A DNA stretch of 55,864 nt from Selaginella moellendorffii (GCF_000143415.4 NW_003314263.1:2182655-2238518); one strand, 5' to 3'. Positions 1 through 11,960 are shown, counted from the stretch's first letter. Notes: generated by a model not told the origin, from the letters alone. A program made the numbers and translations.

Positions 1-190
1 ATCAGATTAGTCCAAGCTATGTTCTAGCTAGCTTTATAAAATATTCATTTAAATACATTACAAATAAAGTGAAGCATATCTTGCCAAAAGCATAGTCTAG
101 ACTGCAATAACTAAGTCTTTTATTTAAATAATATAAATTCAAAGACTCTATAAAATGTTTAAAAGTTGATTATAAAAAATTTTAAGCATC

Positions 191-1022
191 ATGTACCATG
201 TTGAATATTTTGGATATGAAGGAGCTCTACAAGTACTTAATATAAATCCCCTTCTTGTCATTAATGCTTTTGTAAATTTTATTAGAATGGCACTTCCTTC
301 AGGTGAACATACACCAATAAACTCTACTCCTACTATGCCCTTTGGAATGGGAAGTACAATTTTTTATTTAAATATTTTTATATTTTCAAGTTTTGTAAAC
401 TGTGGTGTTAATTCTGATGGTAGGCAGTTTGTTGAAAATGATAGATTACTAGATGTACTTACAAGAGCTACTGGAGAAATTATCCCTTTAATTATGAGAA
501 ATAATGCAGCTCATTTTTTAATGGTTATTATTGATCTAGAAGTTGGAGTATTTGGTTTAATGTATAGTATAAGAGGTTTTTTTTCCAAAATCTCCATCTC
601 ATATTGAAGTATCAANNNNNNNNNNNNNNNNNNNNNNNNNNNNNNNNNNNNNNNNNNNNNNNNNNNNNNNNNNNNNNNNNNNNNNNNNNNNNNNNNNNNN
701 NNNNNNNNNNNNNNNNNNNNNNNNNNNNNNNNNNNNNNNNNNNNNNNNNNNNNNNNNNNNNNNNNNNNNNNNNNNNNNNNNNNNNNNNNNNNNNNNNNNN
801 NNNNNNNNNNNNNNNNNNNNNNNNNNNNNNNNNNNNNNNNNNNNNNNNNNNNNNNNNNNTGGAGCCTTTGATACAAATAATTATTGGTCAAGTAAAACTT
901 ATTGTAGAAAATATAAATGTGTTATGCTATCAATATTTCATGTTAAAACAAATTGTAATTTAGTAATTTATAAGGATGGAAAACCAAATATACTAACATG
1001 GTCAAGTGGTAAAGTTAGTTAA
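191..1022 (+). CDS. Unknown N-terminal domain + bulb-type (GNA/B-) lectin protein, paralog of 54156..55013; interrupted by an assembly gap and a +1 frameshift in a T run
   Basis: ORF 191..607 aligns by eye with the N-terminus of 54156..55013 (VENDRLLDVLTRATGEIIP vs VENDRVLDVLTRASREIIP). An extra T in the T8 run at 577-584 shifts the frame; removing it gives FPKSPS, like FPNSPS. After the gap, 861..1022 reads GAFDTNNYWSSKTYCRKYKCVMLSIFHVKTNCNLVIYKDGKPNILTWSSGKVS*, matching the paralog C-terminus. Confidence 0.8.
616..859. other. Assembly gap (N run)
   Basis: Run of N bases. Confidence 1.
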
Positions 1023-1499
1023 CTATAAGTATAAGTATGAAATAATGGAACATTATAAATGTCAAATTGGTAATGAGTTATATTTGATATTTGAAAATAA
1101 AGTTTATTGACTAATTTAAGAATTTCTCATGTGATTTACTTTTTTGAATAAACTATTTAGAAGATAAAATATTATCTTTGATGGTAACTTGATATAAGAA
1201 TTTAAAAATTATCAAATTAACATCTTAATGATGTGTAATTTATAGTTTTTCTCTTAAACACATAGAAAAATATAAAATTATTCATGTTTCATACTTATTG
1301 AAATAAATTAAATTACTTCAGTCTAATTAGATGTTGTTTGACTTTTCATAAATCTTAAATCATTTTCATAATAAATCTATATAGACAAGTTATTCTATTG
1401 AATCTATTAATCCTTCCATTATATAAACAAGTTATTTCATGTGATTTTGTAGTCCTACCATGGATACTTTTGTTTATGGATGCCCTACAAGATGGATAT

Positions 1500-3450
1500 A
1501 CTTAATATATATGATTTTAATTTTAGAGGTAGAAATATAGTTTTCTCAAAAGTATATTTTATTTTATGTAAAAACTAATCAATGGGAATTGAACCTGTAT
1601 CATTTGCTCAAATATCATATATAGCACATCCTATTTCTCTCCTTTTAAATCAACTGAAAAAAAGATAATGTTTTAATAAAATAACCTTTAGAGGGTATTT
1701 AATCTTTATATATCCCTCAGAGTTTTAAGGATCCATTGTAACAGTATATTTAAATTTCATTTCATTAATCACATACAATACAATTTGAATATGTAAGGTT
1801 AATATAATTTTGAGGCCACTTTTGGAGTTTTATAGAGGTATATAAAACTCCTTAAGTGGTCAAATATGTGATTAAATGATTAAAGTAGAATGGAAAAATT
1901 AATTATCTATAAAGAAGACTTGGAGAAGAGGGGAATTGTCTGATTGTCTGATTTGGTTGATCAAAAAAAATTTCTGATTAACATCACACCACATCTAATT
2001 CATAATTAAATTTACCAACTCAAATAAAAGAAAATAAAAGATGATAAAAGTTTCAGGAGAAGAGAGCGTTGAAAGAGATGATATAACAAGTCTCAAATAT
2101 TATCACCTCTATCAACCCAATCTTGTATATGGTGAGCCCAAAAGAGATTTATTAATTGTCCACCACTTTAGCACAAGTTGAATATTTTGTTAGTTGAAGA
2201 AAAATACCATTAGAAAATGCAATCAATAAAATTTGTGGAAATAGAAGTGTTAGTTTGTAGTATTATCACTGTAAATCCTTAAAACTTTAAAGGGTTAATA
2301 GGGGCTCTCTCATCAAACAATTACCCTTTTTTAGTTGGTTTAAGGGAAAATAGATAAAATGCATTACATAAGTGCTTTATATATATAAGTCCTATTTCAA
2401 ACACCCTAAGGTATCATCAATATATTAGCTTCTAATATTAAAGTTATGTTTATTCTCACTATCTCATTATTAATTCAAGTCCACCTATATCACGAACCCA
2501 TCTTTCTAAAACCAAATAATCCATTTCATAAGTGATCATTTTATAACCACTCCTTAAGATCATCTTTAGGATGCCCCAAGATATAGAGGAATATTTTCTT
2601 CTTTAATCCCCAACATCCTTCAATTAGGACAATGTTCACCAAGATTTATTAAGCTAAGGTCTAGAAACCTTTCCACTAAATTTTATTAACCTTTAAGACT
2701 TTTTCACCACATAGCTATACCCTTGATTAATAAGTAGAATAATTATTATACCTTTCTACCATTAGGGATTTCAGAATGGCATTTTGAAATATTGCACCCT
2801 TGAGCTTTATGGATACTCAAAACCACCTTAATCTATCCAAGGCATCATTTAATGACATATTTAGTATCTCCATACTATTGACTCTATCAAATTATCCTTA
2901 ATATTTTTCTTTTCATATCTTTCACTAAGAAATATAATCAATATTAGATATCATGCTTAAATGTAGCTTTTCATAAAAGTTGTTTAATTCTGTGAATATC
3001 TTTTCACATCTTTAATATGCCACTAACAAGACACTTAATGTTCTCAAACTTGAATTTTATGATTGTTTTAGTCCTTAATTTGGCACAATATACCCTAGTC
3101 CAAAACTTAATCTACACCTTTAGGACATTTAACCTTTATACTTACTTCTTATAATGTATAGCTTTATGACTACTTTTGAAGTGTTATATCACTTGAATAT
3201 AGCTTTTTGTATTTATATCTTATCCATAAATATGGTTACTCTAATATTTAATTATCCCCTTTATTCCATATAGGCTACTTTGCCCTTAGATCTATCTTTT
3301 CATAATATAAAAATGCTAATATATCCTTTAAGTATACTTCCAATTTCTTGGGTTGTTTTAACATTCATGAGAAGTAGCTCAAATTACTATACTGAGAACA
3401 TGTGTCCTCAACTATAATTTGACCACCCACACACATCAACTCCAATTCTA
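1500..3450. mobile_element. Highly decayed LTR-retroelement and TRIM-like debris
   Basis: ~1855-1910 resembles the terminus of the long LTR family (gtggtcaaatatgtgattaaatgattaaagtagaatggaaaaatt). ~1505-1765 is a diverged direct repeat of ~4345-4590, with a partial inverted copy at ~2260-2370. No intact ORFs. Confidence 0.45.
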
Positions 3451-3649
3451 AAATTCATGAGAAAAATTCTCAATTATATGAAGATAATTTTATGACTTCT
3501 TTATTATTTAAGAATCTCTTTTCTTCAAGTGATTTAAACCATATTTATTTATCATAACTACATTATAATTAACTTTACTAAATTATACTCTCACATCAAG
3601 TTAGGGTATACTACTCAAGCCATATTAATTTTGCACCTATGCCATAAAT

Positions 3650-4082
3650 TCCATTTCAAACACCCAAAGATTTTATTACTTTTACACTAAGCCCATGCCC
3701 ATTTCACTGTCTCATTATTAGAGAAATCCAAATCCCATTGTAATTTCAGACACCCAAAGATACCATTAATGTATTAGCGTTTTACACTAAACCCATACTC
3801 ATTTCACTATCTCATTAGTAGAGAAGTCCAAATCCATGCCCATTTCATTATCTCATTAGTAGAAAAGTCCAAATCCGACTATAATTAAGGTAGTGCTCGC
3901 TAATAACCATTGAGTTAAACTTTAATATATGAATGTCCTCATTGACTATTAACTAATAACCCTCATTTTAATTTCAAACACCCAAAGTCCAAATCCCACT
4001 ATAATCATGGTAGTGCTCACTAACAACCACTAAGTCAAGCTTTAATATATAAACATCTTTATTAATTATTAACTAATAACCT
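3650..4082. repeat. Complex tandem repeat (~38-bp and ~110-bp subunits)
   Basis: Three diverged copies of cccatttcactatctcattagtagagaagtccaaatcc, three of tttcaaacacccaaag, and two of aagtccaaatcc...ggtagtgctc...ctttaatatat...attaactaataacc. Confidence 0.8.
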
Positions 4083-4219
4083 CTGCTGAGCCAAGAGGAA
4101 CCAAAGCAAAGCTGTGTCAGGTTTTGACATCAACCATCCATAGCCATTGCTTGGTAGATTTAGTGTGGAAATAGGGGTGTGAAGCTCCAGACTAACGGAT
4201 TGGTAGATTTAATGCAGAC

Positions 4220-4316
4220 TCCACCATAGAACTATAGTATGAATGAATGATTAGTTGCCAATCTACCATTGTGTAGACTAATTAATCATCCATCCGTACT
4301 GTAATTCCACAATGGA
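4220..4316. repeat. Imperfect palindrome (MITE-like or hairpin)
   Basis: tccaccatagaactatagtatgaatgaatgattagtt is the inverted counterpart of aattaatcatccatccgtactgtaattccacaatgga, differing by transitions. Confidence 0.6.
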
Positions 4317-4954
4317 TCCTTTCATTTGTGAACATGCCTAATATGTATGATTTTAAATTAAAATAAAAAATATACTTTACTCAAGGGTATATTATATTTT
4401 AAATATATATTCAATAAGAATTAAACCCATATCATTTGCTCCAATATCACATATAACACATTTTATCTTTAGCCAACTAGAAAAGAAACAATTGCTTAAT
4501 GAGAAAGCCCTTTATGGCTATTTTATCCATATTATTTCCTAAGGTTTCAAAAATTTATAATAACAGTATATTTAAATCTCATCCCATGATCCCATGTGCT
4601 ACAGAAGCTAAAGTTGATTTTTTAATTATTTCACCAAATCACTTTATTTGTCCATCTACATTCACTTTACTATTAGACTCCCTAATGTTTATATCATCAT
4701 CACCATATGGTTATAACCTTTGTTAATTATATTAATTCCTTCCCTCTTACTATTTAATAAGGACTTACCAAATTCCCTAAGGTTTGGGAGACAATCACAC
4801 CCTACCCCTAGATATGTTTCATTCTAAATATATCTAGCCTAGGATATATTTGGCTCCAAATATGCTCAATATTTTGGATATTTGGTTTCTTGAGTACCTT
4901 GCTTCGAGCCTTTAGGTTCTAAAACTTTGGTATCAATACTTTTATATATCATAA

Positions 4955-5158
4955 CACTTGCCACATGTTAGTCTTTTTTTTTGTGATTTTTTAATGATAA
5001 AGGACTTATCGTCACTTCGTGCTCATTCCTCAAACACTTCAATTTTTTAAGTTAGAGTTTTTGGTCTAAACATATTATACTCTTTAGACTTTTGCTTCAA
5101 CCACTACTATGAGGAACACTGTCAATTCCACTTTAGGATTTAAGGATTTGTGTTTTAC
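4955..5158 (-). mobile_element. Decayed end of a long-LTR family LTR
   Basis: gtgctcattcct...ccactac...ccactttagg...ggatttgtgttttaca matches the LTR end at 38390-38600 and 44170-44386. Confidence 0.65.
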
Positions 5159-5307
5159 ACTCTTTTTTTTATTCTTCAATCCAAATTTCTCGCATTTCTT
5201 TTACATAAATTTTGAGATATTAGTTATTAGGATTTTGATTTTATCTTTGTAATTGCTATTCATCCAACATCAACTTTATTTATTGAGATGAAATCCATAC
5301 TTCCCTC

Positions 5308-5461
5308 CAAATATGCCAGCTTTAAGGATGTTTTTGACAAAAAGAAAGCTAATATTTTAGCACCACATTAACTTTATAATTGTTCTATCAATTTTATAAA
5401 AGGGAAATCACCACCATTTGGTCATATCTACAATCTTTCACTAGTAAAGCTAGAAGCATTT
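5308..5461 (+). mobile_element. Ty3/Gypsy pol fragment (pre-RT region)
   Basis: Translates KYASFKDVFDKKKANILAPH*LYNCSINFIKGKSPPFGHIYNLSLVKLEAF, homologous to KYHDFGDVFDKKKASVLPVHRPYDCPIDLQEGASPPWGHIYRLSLSELKAL at 47225..47512. Confidence 0.8.
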
Positions 5462-5469
5462 GCAGAAGT

Positions 5470-5914
5470 TAATTGTGGATTACATTGATTGCTCAAAACT
5501 TGACAAATTTAGAGATTCATTATGGGGCTTATCAGCATTTGAAGTTTTTGGTTTCTAGGAGATTTTGAATGGTTTCCAAGACTCTCAAGTGTGACATTGA
5601 ATGATATGACATCCTTGTTGAGGGCAACAGTTTGAAATCGCCAGTGGTAATCTAGTCTTCCTCTCTCACAAAGTCGCTGGCAATATGCATTTGAGACTGA
5701 CAAGTTGCTGGCAACGCCATGCCATGAATTGCAGCTCAAATGCAATGGCTTGCAAGAGCTGGAAAATTATGGAGATTGTATTGTTATGGAAGGCTCTAGT
5801 CTTGTGACACTATCCAAACTCTTTATTGGGCAAAAGTGGCAGTACAAGAATGTCAAGAAACTATTGTTTTTAGCTTGTCTAAGGATATCAATTAGGAATT
5901 ATGATTTTGTTTAA
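5470..5914 (+). pseudogene. Possible F-box/LRR-type gene fragment
   Basis: Broken frames give LRR-like pieces (VSKTLKC..DILVEGNSLKS; ELQLKCNGLQELENYGDCIVMEGSSLVTLSKL). Resemblance by eye only. Confidence 0.25.
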
Positions 5915-6506
5915 CTTGCAATAGTTAACTACCAAATGAAGAGACTTACTGAAAGACTTGGAATGTAGAATAAAACTTTTAGAAAAATTCTCCTTAAAAT
6001 ATCCATATCCATGTGTTTACTACCATTTACTATCGTTTTTAGTTCATCACAAGCACATAAGTGGGAGTAGGGCAGGCCATTGAAGCTCAAGTTGGCAACA
6101 ACAGCCTCAAGCTTGCTTAGAATAAGCAATCTCCCCAGAAAACCTAGGGCTTCGGATAGATGTGAATGCAGAACTCATGCCCATTCGTCGAATGGAGGAT
6201 CTTAAGAGCATTTCGAGTGACAGCGAGTGAGGAGAGTACTTTATAGCATGGCTTTTTACAAGAGAGAGAGAGATGTCTACTTACTCACAAAAGAGTGATG
6301 GACACGTCCTGTTGGTTGATCAACATGGAAAAGAAAAGCGTTTTTTTTTCTCTTGTTTCTGTTTTCGGCCCGTGTCTGTCCCCAAGACTTGTGCAGTGCG
6401 CTGTTGTAGCCTCGAAGAAAAAGGAGCAATTGATTGGAGTCCTCCCGAGAGAACTCTGGAGAAGTAACTCGTTTCACTGGCGATGGCGTACGGTTCTAGT
6501 GCTGGA

Positions 6507-7273
6507 TCACGTCCTCGCTAAGCGAGGGCTCGGACTTCTCGCGTACTCGAGCTCCCCCTCTTCCAGATCCATCGGCCGAGCAGCCGGGGTCTGTGAGAGT
6601 AGCGGAGCGTCACAAGGCCGCGATGAAGTTGTCTGTGCTCGCCTTTTCATTTCCTCCTCGTTTGTAAGGATCTGCAGTTAAGTTGAAGAAGAAACTTTGT
6701 AAAAAGACTTAGAACACTTGCCTGTTTTAAGAGCTGAACAAGACGGTGTTTCTCTGAAGTTAGTGTCTTAAGTTTCTCCTCGAGTTCTTCTTTGCGCTTG
6801 GCTCGCTCCTGGAGCACGGGATCGACAGCGGACGTGGATCCCTTCTCTACGTTCTGGACAAACAAGAAAAAATTTCATACGAGAGAGCAAAGATCCAAAG
6901 TAAAACAAGAACTTACATGACTAGTATCCTCCTTTGGTTGGACCTCTGGAGGAGCCTGCTGTTGTGGATCCAAATCCGAGCTATCCTGTTCTCCAAATGC
7001 TTCCTTATCGTCGGCGACGCAAATTTGCTTGGCTGGAGCTTCCTCCTCGTCTGTGGCGTCGACCCTCTTCCTCTTCCTGGAGCTCTCATCGCTGCATTCC
7101 TCATGCGCACTGCTAGCCACCGCCACGGCCGCTGCTGTGGCTGCCAGCGCCTTGTCTCGGAGCTCCAGCGCCTTCTTGAAAGCCGGCAAGCTGATGGAGG
7201 GCTTGGGAAGCACCCATCGGCGCGGGAGCCCCAGAATCTTGTGAACCCCCGATTTGTAGAGACAGAGCTTCAT
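6507..7273 (-). CDS. Conserved plant coiled-coil protein (GPS2-like C-terminal coil), 218 aa, 3 exons: 7273-6917, 6853-6722, 6671-6507
   Basis: All three exons join in phase 0: MKLCLYKSG...PRRWVLPKPSISLPAFKKAL...EDTSH | NVEKG...KRKEELEEKLKTLTSEKHRLVQLLKQ | ILTNEEEMKRR...DLEEGELEYARSPSPRLART*. Donors are GTAAGT and GCAAGT; acceptors are CAG. Confidence 0.8.
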
Positions 7274-7860
7274 CGTGCCCTAGAACGCACAACATATTTA
7301 GGGCAGTGATTAATTTATAGTATCCGCAAATGTTGTCTTGAAAGAAAGACAAAACCTTGAGGAACATTTCAAGTCGTTGACAGACTCCAGGAATTGACCG
7401 CAGAGCTAAATTCCATGACAGATCAATTCCAGCTGGATTGCCAATATATAATTACCACTTTAAAATCCTTAGCCACTTACGGACTGAAACTAGGCTCTAA
7501 AACTGGTTCGGTTGATTACCAAGACAACAACCAACATACTCTACTTCCACCACAAAGTCATAACCAAGCCAAGGCAGTGTGGGGAAGTAGTAGAGGTTAG
7601 CTGGCAAAAGTTTTAAGGACAATTGTACCAACTTGTGATCTACAGTTATACTTTTCAGCCCTTTGCTGAGTTACAATTGATTTTATATAGTTTTTCGAAT
7701 TTAATTAGAAATAAAGCTAGTTTTATAAATTCAAACATATATTGCAAGGTTTTTAAAATTTTCTGAAAATTCCTCTTCTGATGCTTCTTTATCCATTTTT
7801 CTTCTTCGACAATGTTTCATCCTTTTTTTTTTTTCTTTCTCCTCTCTGCCTTAACATTTC

Positions 7861-10004
7861 AAATTTTTTCTTTTTCAAAGGGGTAAGGGGGTTTGGAGTC
7901 TTGCATTAATGATAAAGAAATTAAACTTTTGATAAAACTGGAAAAATAGGTTGATAAGAATAATTAATAGTACAATAATAAACAACTTAGTAAAGGTGAT
8001 GATGAAAATAAAATCCAAAGTAATGGCATAGACTAGGTGTTAGAAAACATAAATATAACTAACGAGAATAAAGGCTATAGCTGATGAATAATGAAGAGAG
8101 ATATATTAAAGAGTGCTAAAAATTATTATAAATAAACTTAGTAGAAGGAAAGATATCATGAATATCTTGTTAATGGGAAATAACATATTAAATATATTGC
8201 TTAAGAGTTTGAATAGTACATTTTAATTGCCTAGCAATCTGAGGATGGTGAGAAGTTTGACAATTTTTTTAGTGCAAAAGAAGGAAGTAAACTAGTGTTA
8301 AAAAGTGGAAATAAATTAAAATCCTTAATTATTGATAATATTATTTTGAAGGTGAAAATTCACTTATAAATAACCTCAAGTAGCCACTCTTCATCAATAT
8401 TCTTGTGAAATAGTAAGAAATGTGTCATTTTAAAAAATTAGTTAGCCACAATAAAAACACTATTAAATCCTTGAAACTGTTGAAGGTCAAAAAAAAATTC
8501 ATAAAAAGCCTTGGAACAAAAGAAAGGGGTTGGAAATGAACAAATAAAACATATTAAGGCATTTTGATCTATTGATACATAACAAACAAAGTTGACACAT
8601 AACAGACTACCAAAATTATCATTAAACTAATTTTAATATCTTATGGACACTAGGGTGTTATGGCATACAAAATTATATTTCATCATCAAATACATACAAT
8701 TGAGCATATTGATGAAAAATCTTATTCCAAAATTGAAGAAATGATAATTATTGTATTGGGCTAGAAAAACACTAAAAGCAATTAATTATTAAGTTTTCTG
8801 AACAAATGGATTAGTAAATAAGCTGCTTCAATTTATAACTTGAAAAAGTGATAAAGAGGAGCAAAGAATAAAAAACTTGCTACACTTAAATATAACCTTA
8901 CTTAGTGCAAGGCCAAATGAAGTATGCTTATGAAATTTTTTCTTTTTCAAAGGGGTAAGGGGGTTTGGAGTCTTGCATTAATGATAAAGAAATTAAACTT
9001 TTGATAAAACTGGAAAAATAGGTTGATAAGAATAATTAATAGTACAATAATAAACAACTTAGTAAAGGTGATGATGAAAATAAAATCCAAAGTAATGGCA
9101 TAGACTAGGTGTTAGAAAACATAAATATAACTAACGAGAATAAAGGCTATAGCTGATGAATAATGAAGAGAGATATATTAAAGAGTGCTAAAAATTATTA
9201 TAAATAAACTTAGTAGAAGGAAAGATATCATGAATATCTTGTTAATGGGAAATAACATATTAAATATATTGCTTAAGAGTTTGAATAGTACATTTTAATT
9301 GCCTAGCAATCTGAGGATGGTGAGAAGTTTGACAATTTTTTTAGTGCAAAAGAAGGAAGTAAACTAGTGTTAAAAAGTGGAAATAAATTAAAATCCTTAA
9401 TTATTGATAATATTATTTTGAAGGTGAAAATTCACTTATAAATAACCTCAAGTAGCCACTCTTCATCAATATTCTTGTGAAATAGTAAGAAATGTGTCAT
9501 TTTAAAAAATTAGTTAGCCACAATAAAAACACTATTAAATCCTTGAAACTGTTGAAGGTCAAAAAAAAATTCATAAAAAGCCTTGGAACAAAAGAAAGGG
9601 GTTGGAAATGAACAAATAAAACATATTAAGGCATTTTGATCTATTGATACATAACAAACAAAGTTGACACATAACAGACTACCAAAATTATTATTAAACT
9701 AATTTTAATATCTTATGGACATTAGGGTGTTATGGCATACAAAATTATATTTCATCATCAAATACATACAATTGAGCATATTGATGAAAAATCTTATTCC
9801 AAAATTGAAGAAATGATAATTATTGTATTGGGCTAGAAAAACACTAAAAGCAATTAATTATTAAGTTTTCTGAACAAATGGATTAGTAAATAAGCTGCTT
9901 CAATTTATAACTTGAAAAAGTGATAAAGAGGAGCAAAGAATAAAAAACTTGCTACACTTAAATATAACCTTACTCAGTGCAAGGCCAAATGAAGTATGCT
10001 TATG
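7861..10004. repeat. Near-identical tandem duplication of a 1072-bp AT-rich unit (7861-8932 / 8933-10004)
   Basis: Both units start aaattttttctttttcaaaggggtaagg and end ggccaaatgaagtatgcttatg. Only a few C/T differences were seen. Confidence 0.95.
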
Positions 10005-10913
10005 AAAGTCATGCAAATGTGTTTCTGCTTGTGCAAAAGACACACTTGAGGAGTGTTGCCATTCATTGTGATAAAAAAAATGTGAACTTCCCTTGCTATT
10101 CAGTGGCAATTAAAGCTTGGGACCTCGATAAAAAATTCATATAGCTCGCCTTCTATGCCTAAGCACTCCAAGTGTGGATTGTAAAGTGGTGGAGAAGGAA
10201 AAGTATTTATTCTCACCATGTAAGGTCAAAGAACTATAGCAATAGATTCTTTTAACTCCTCAAATGCGGCTAATGTACTGGTACTAACACGCATTTGGTG
10301 GAAAGTAGGGAGGGATGGAGGCAAGCTGAGAATTCATTCAATTATACAATGTTTACATAGTCTGGCAGTGAAGCATGAGTCTGATGGATTCAAGTATACA
10401 ATACATGCATGTTTTTACTTAGTTTTTATTTTGGATGGCCACTTATTGATATATAGTTGTAGCCCTCAACTTCCACCACAAAGTCACAGCCAAGGCAGTA
10501 GTGGTGAGGAAAATTTATGGCTTACATGATGTAGGTAATGTCCTTGAGTTTGAGCGGTCACTTGCATCCAATTTCAAATAAGGGTCTATAAGTGGTCAAA
10601 GATTTTTCAAGTGGTATGAAATTGATGTGTCGTGGAATTTGGCTCTCCTCTCAGCCCTTGAAGCATACATGTCCATGCCCAGGACAGTTGATGTAGGTTG
10701 TGCATCTCAATCCATGTCTGGCATTCATGCCACCATCCTTTGCATGAATGTGTGCATGGATAGGATCTTAACATTGGTATTGGAGCCCAGTTTGATTCTT
10801 GTTTCCCAATGCCTCTAAATGGGCACTAACAAACATGAAAAACATGTATCATTATTTATCTGTGTTCTCGAGCTGCTTGGAGTCGTCAACGGCTTCAAAT
10901 GTTCCTCTTTCTT

Positions 10914-11205
10914 TCACGCTTTTCTTTGTTCTCTGCTCGGCCTTTCTGTCAGGACGAGAAGCCACACAAATGGCACATCGATAAAAAAAAATCCGTAAAA
11001 GATGGCCAACCTTTCCTCTGCCGCGTTTCTCATTTCTTCGCAGGAGTGGCGGTTTGGACTACGCGACGATGAGAGATCGCTGTGCCACCTCATCGACGAA
11101 ACCACGGTCACTTGTTTCAACTCAGTCGAGAGGACTGCTATGATCTGTTTAACTAAGGCTTCCGGCTCTAAACCGAATGAAAAGCGGTTTTCCACAAACT
11201 CATAT
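10914..11205 (-). pseudogene. F-box-like gene fragment
   Basis: EPEALVKQIIAVLSTELKQVTVVSSMRWHSDL resembles the F-box consensus (P..L...I...L......VS.RW). There is no in-frame ATG upstream (a stop precedes it). Confidence 0.35.
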
Positions 11206-11318
11206 GATTCTATACTACCCTAGTGTGAATCTAGGGTTCTCGCGTCGATGGGTGTTTCTTAAGCCCGCTCAGGGACGGGGCGGCTAGCAGTGGGAATGTC
11301 CCGCTCAGGGACGGGAGC

Positions 11319-11830
11319 TTGGATTTGGATCCACAACAGGTCCAAGTCATGTAAGTCTTCTATCTTGTTTAAGTTTTGTAGAGAATGAACCCACGAAGTA
11401 GTTTACAAACAAAGACAATTTCTTTCTTCTTCAACTCTCCTTACAAACGAGGAGGAAATGAAAAGGCGAGCACAGACAACTTCATCGAAGCCCTGTGACG
11501 CTCCGCTACTCTCACAGACCCCGTCGATGGATCTGAAAGAGGGGGAACTCCGAGCCCTCGCTGGAGGGCGTGAGGACGTTTTCCAAAAGTTCTTCCCAGC
11601 ACTAGAATCCCGCCATCGCGAGGTACTCCAAAAATCTCTCTAGAGTTTTACTTCTTTCTCTGGGGAGCTTTCGTTCCGGGACTCCAATCAAGTAACTTGG
11701 TCTCCTTTTTCTTTGAAGCTCCAACAGCTGAAGCTCCAACAGCGCTTGGCTTCTGATGACTGCACTGCACGAGTCTTGCTTTGCGGACAGATACGGGCCG
11801 AAAAAAGAAAACCAAAAAAAAAAAGAACGT
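11319..11830 (+). pseudogene. Inverted, internally deleted partial copy of the 6507-7273 gene (end of exon 1, intron remnants, exon 3, 3' UTR)
   Basis: ttggatttggatccacaacag...catgtaagt, then ccttacaaacgaggaggaaatgaaaaggcgagcacagacaacttcatcg... (MKRRAQTTSSKPCDAPLLSQTP), and 3' UTR matches (ggactccaatca, cactgcac.agtcttg, gacaga.acgggccgaaaa) to 6330-6980 on the opposite strand. Confidence 0.85.
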
Positions 11831-11904
11831 TATTTTTTCCAATTTTTTTGCGTTTTTTCTACGGTTTTTCAGTTCTAACTTGTTTTCTTGTAGGCATACT
11901 ACAG

Positions 11905-11960
11905 TCTAGTCTATGATAGAATGTAGTTTGTAGACATACTACATTCTATCATAGGCTAGA
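11905..11960. repeat. Near-perfect 23-bp inverted repeat (hairpin)
   Basis: tctagtctatgatagaatgtagt ... actacattctatcataggctaga, one mismatch (a U-G wobble on the + strand), 10-nt loop. Confidence 0.85.

Noticed and set aside
511-963. ORFs 511..891 and 604..963 from the track
   Set aside because: Artefacts of translating through the N gap; the real frame after the gap starts at 861.
8640-8710. hAT transposase motif (MDTRVLWHTKLYF resembling DVxTRWNSTY)
   Set aside because: Too weak; no other hAT motifs, TIRs or 8-bp TSD found.
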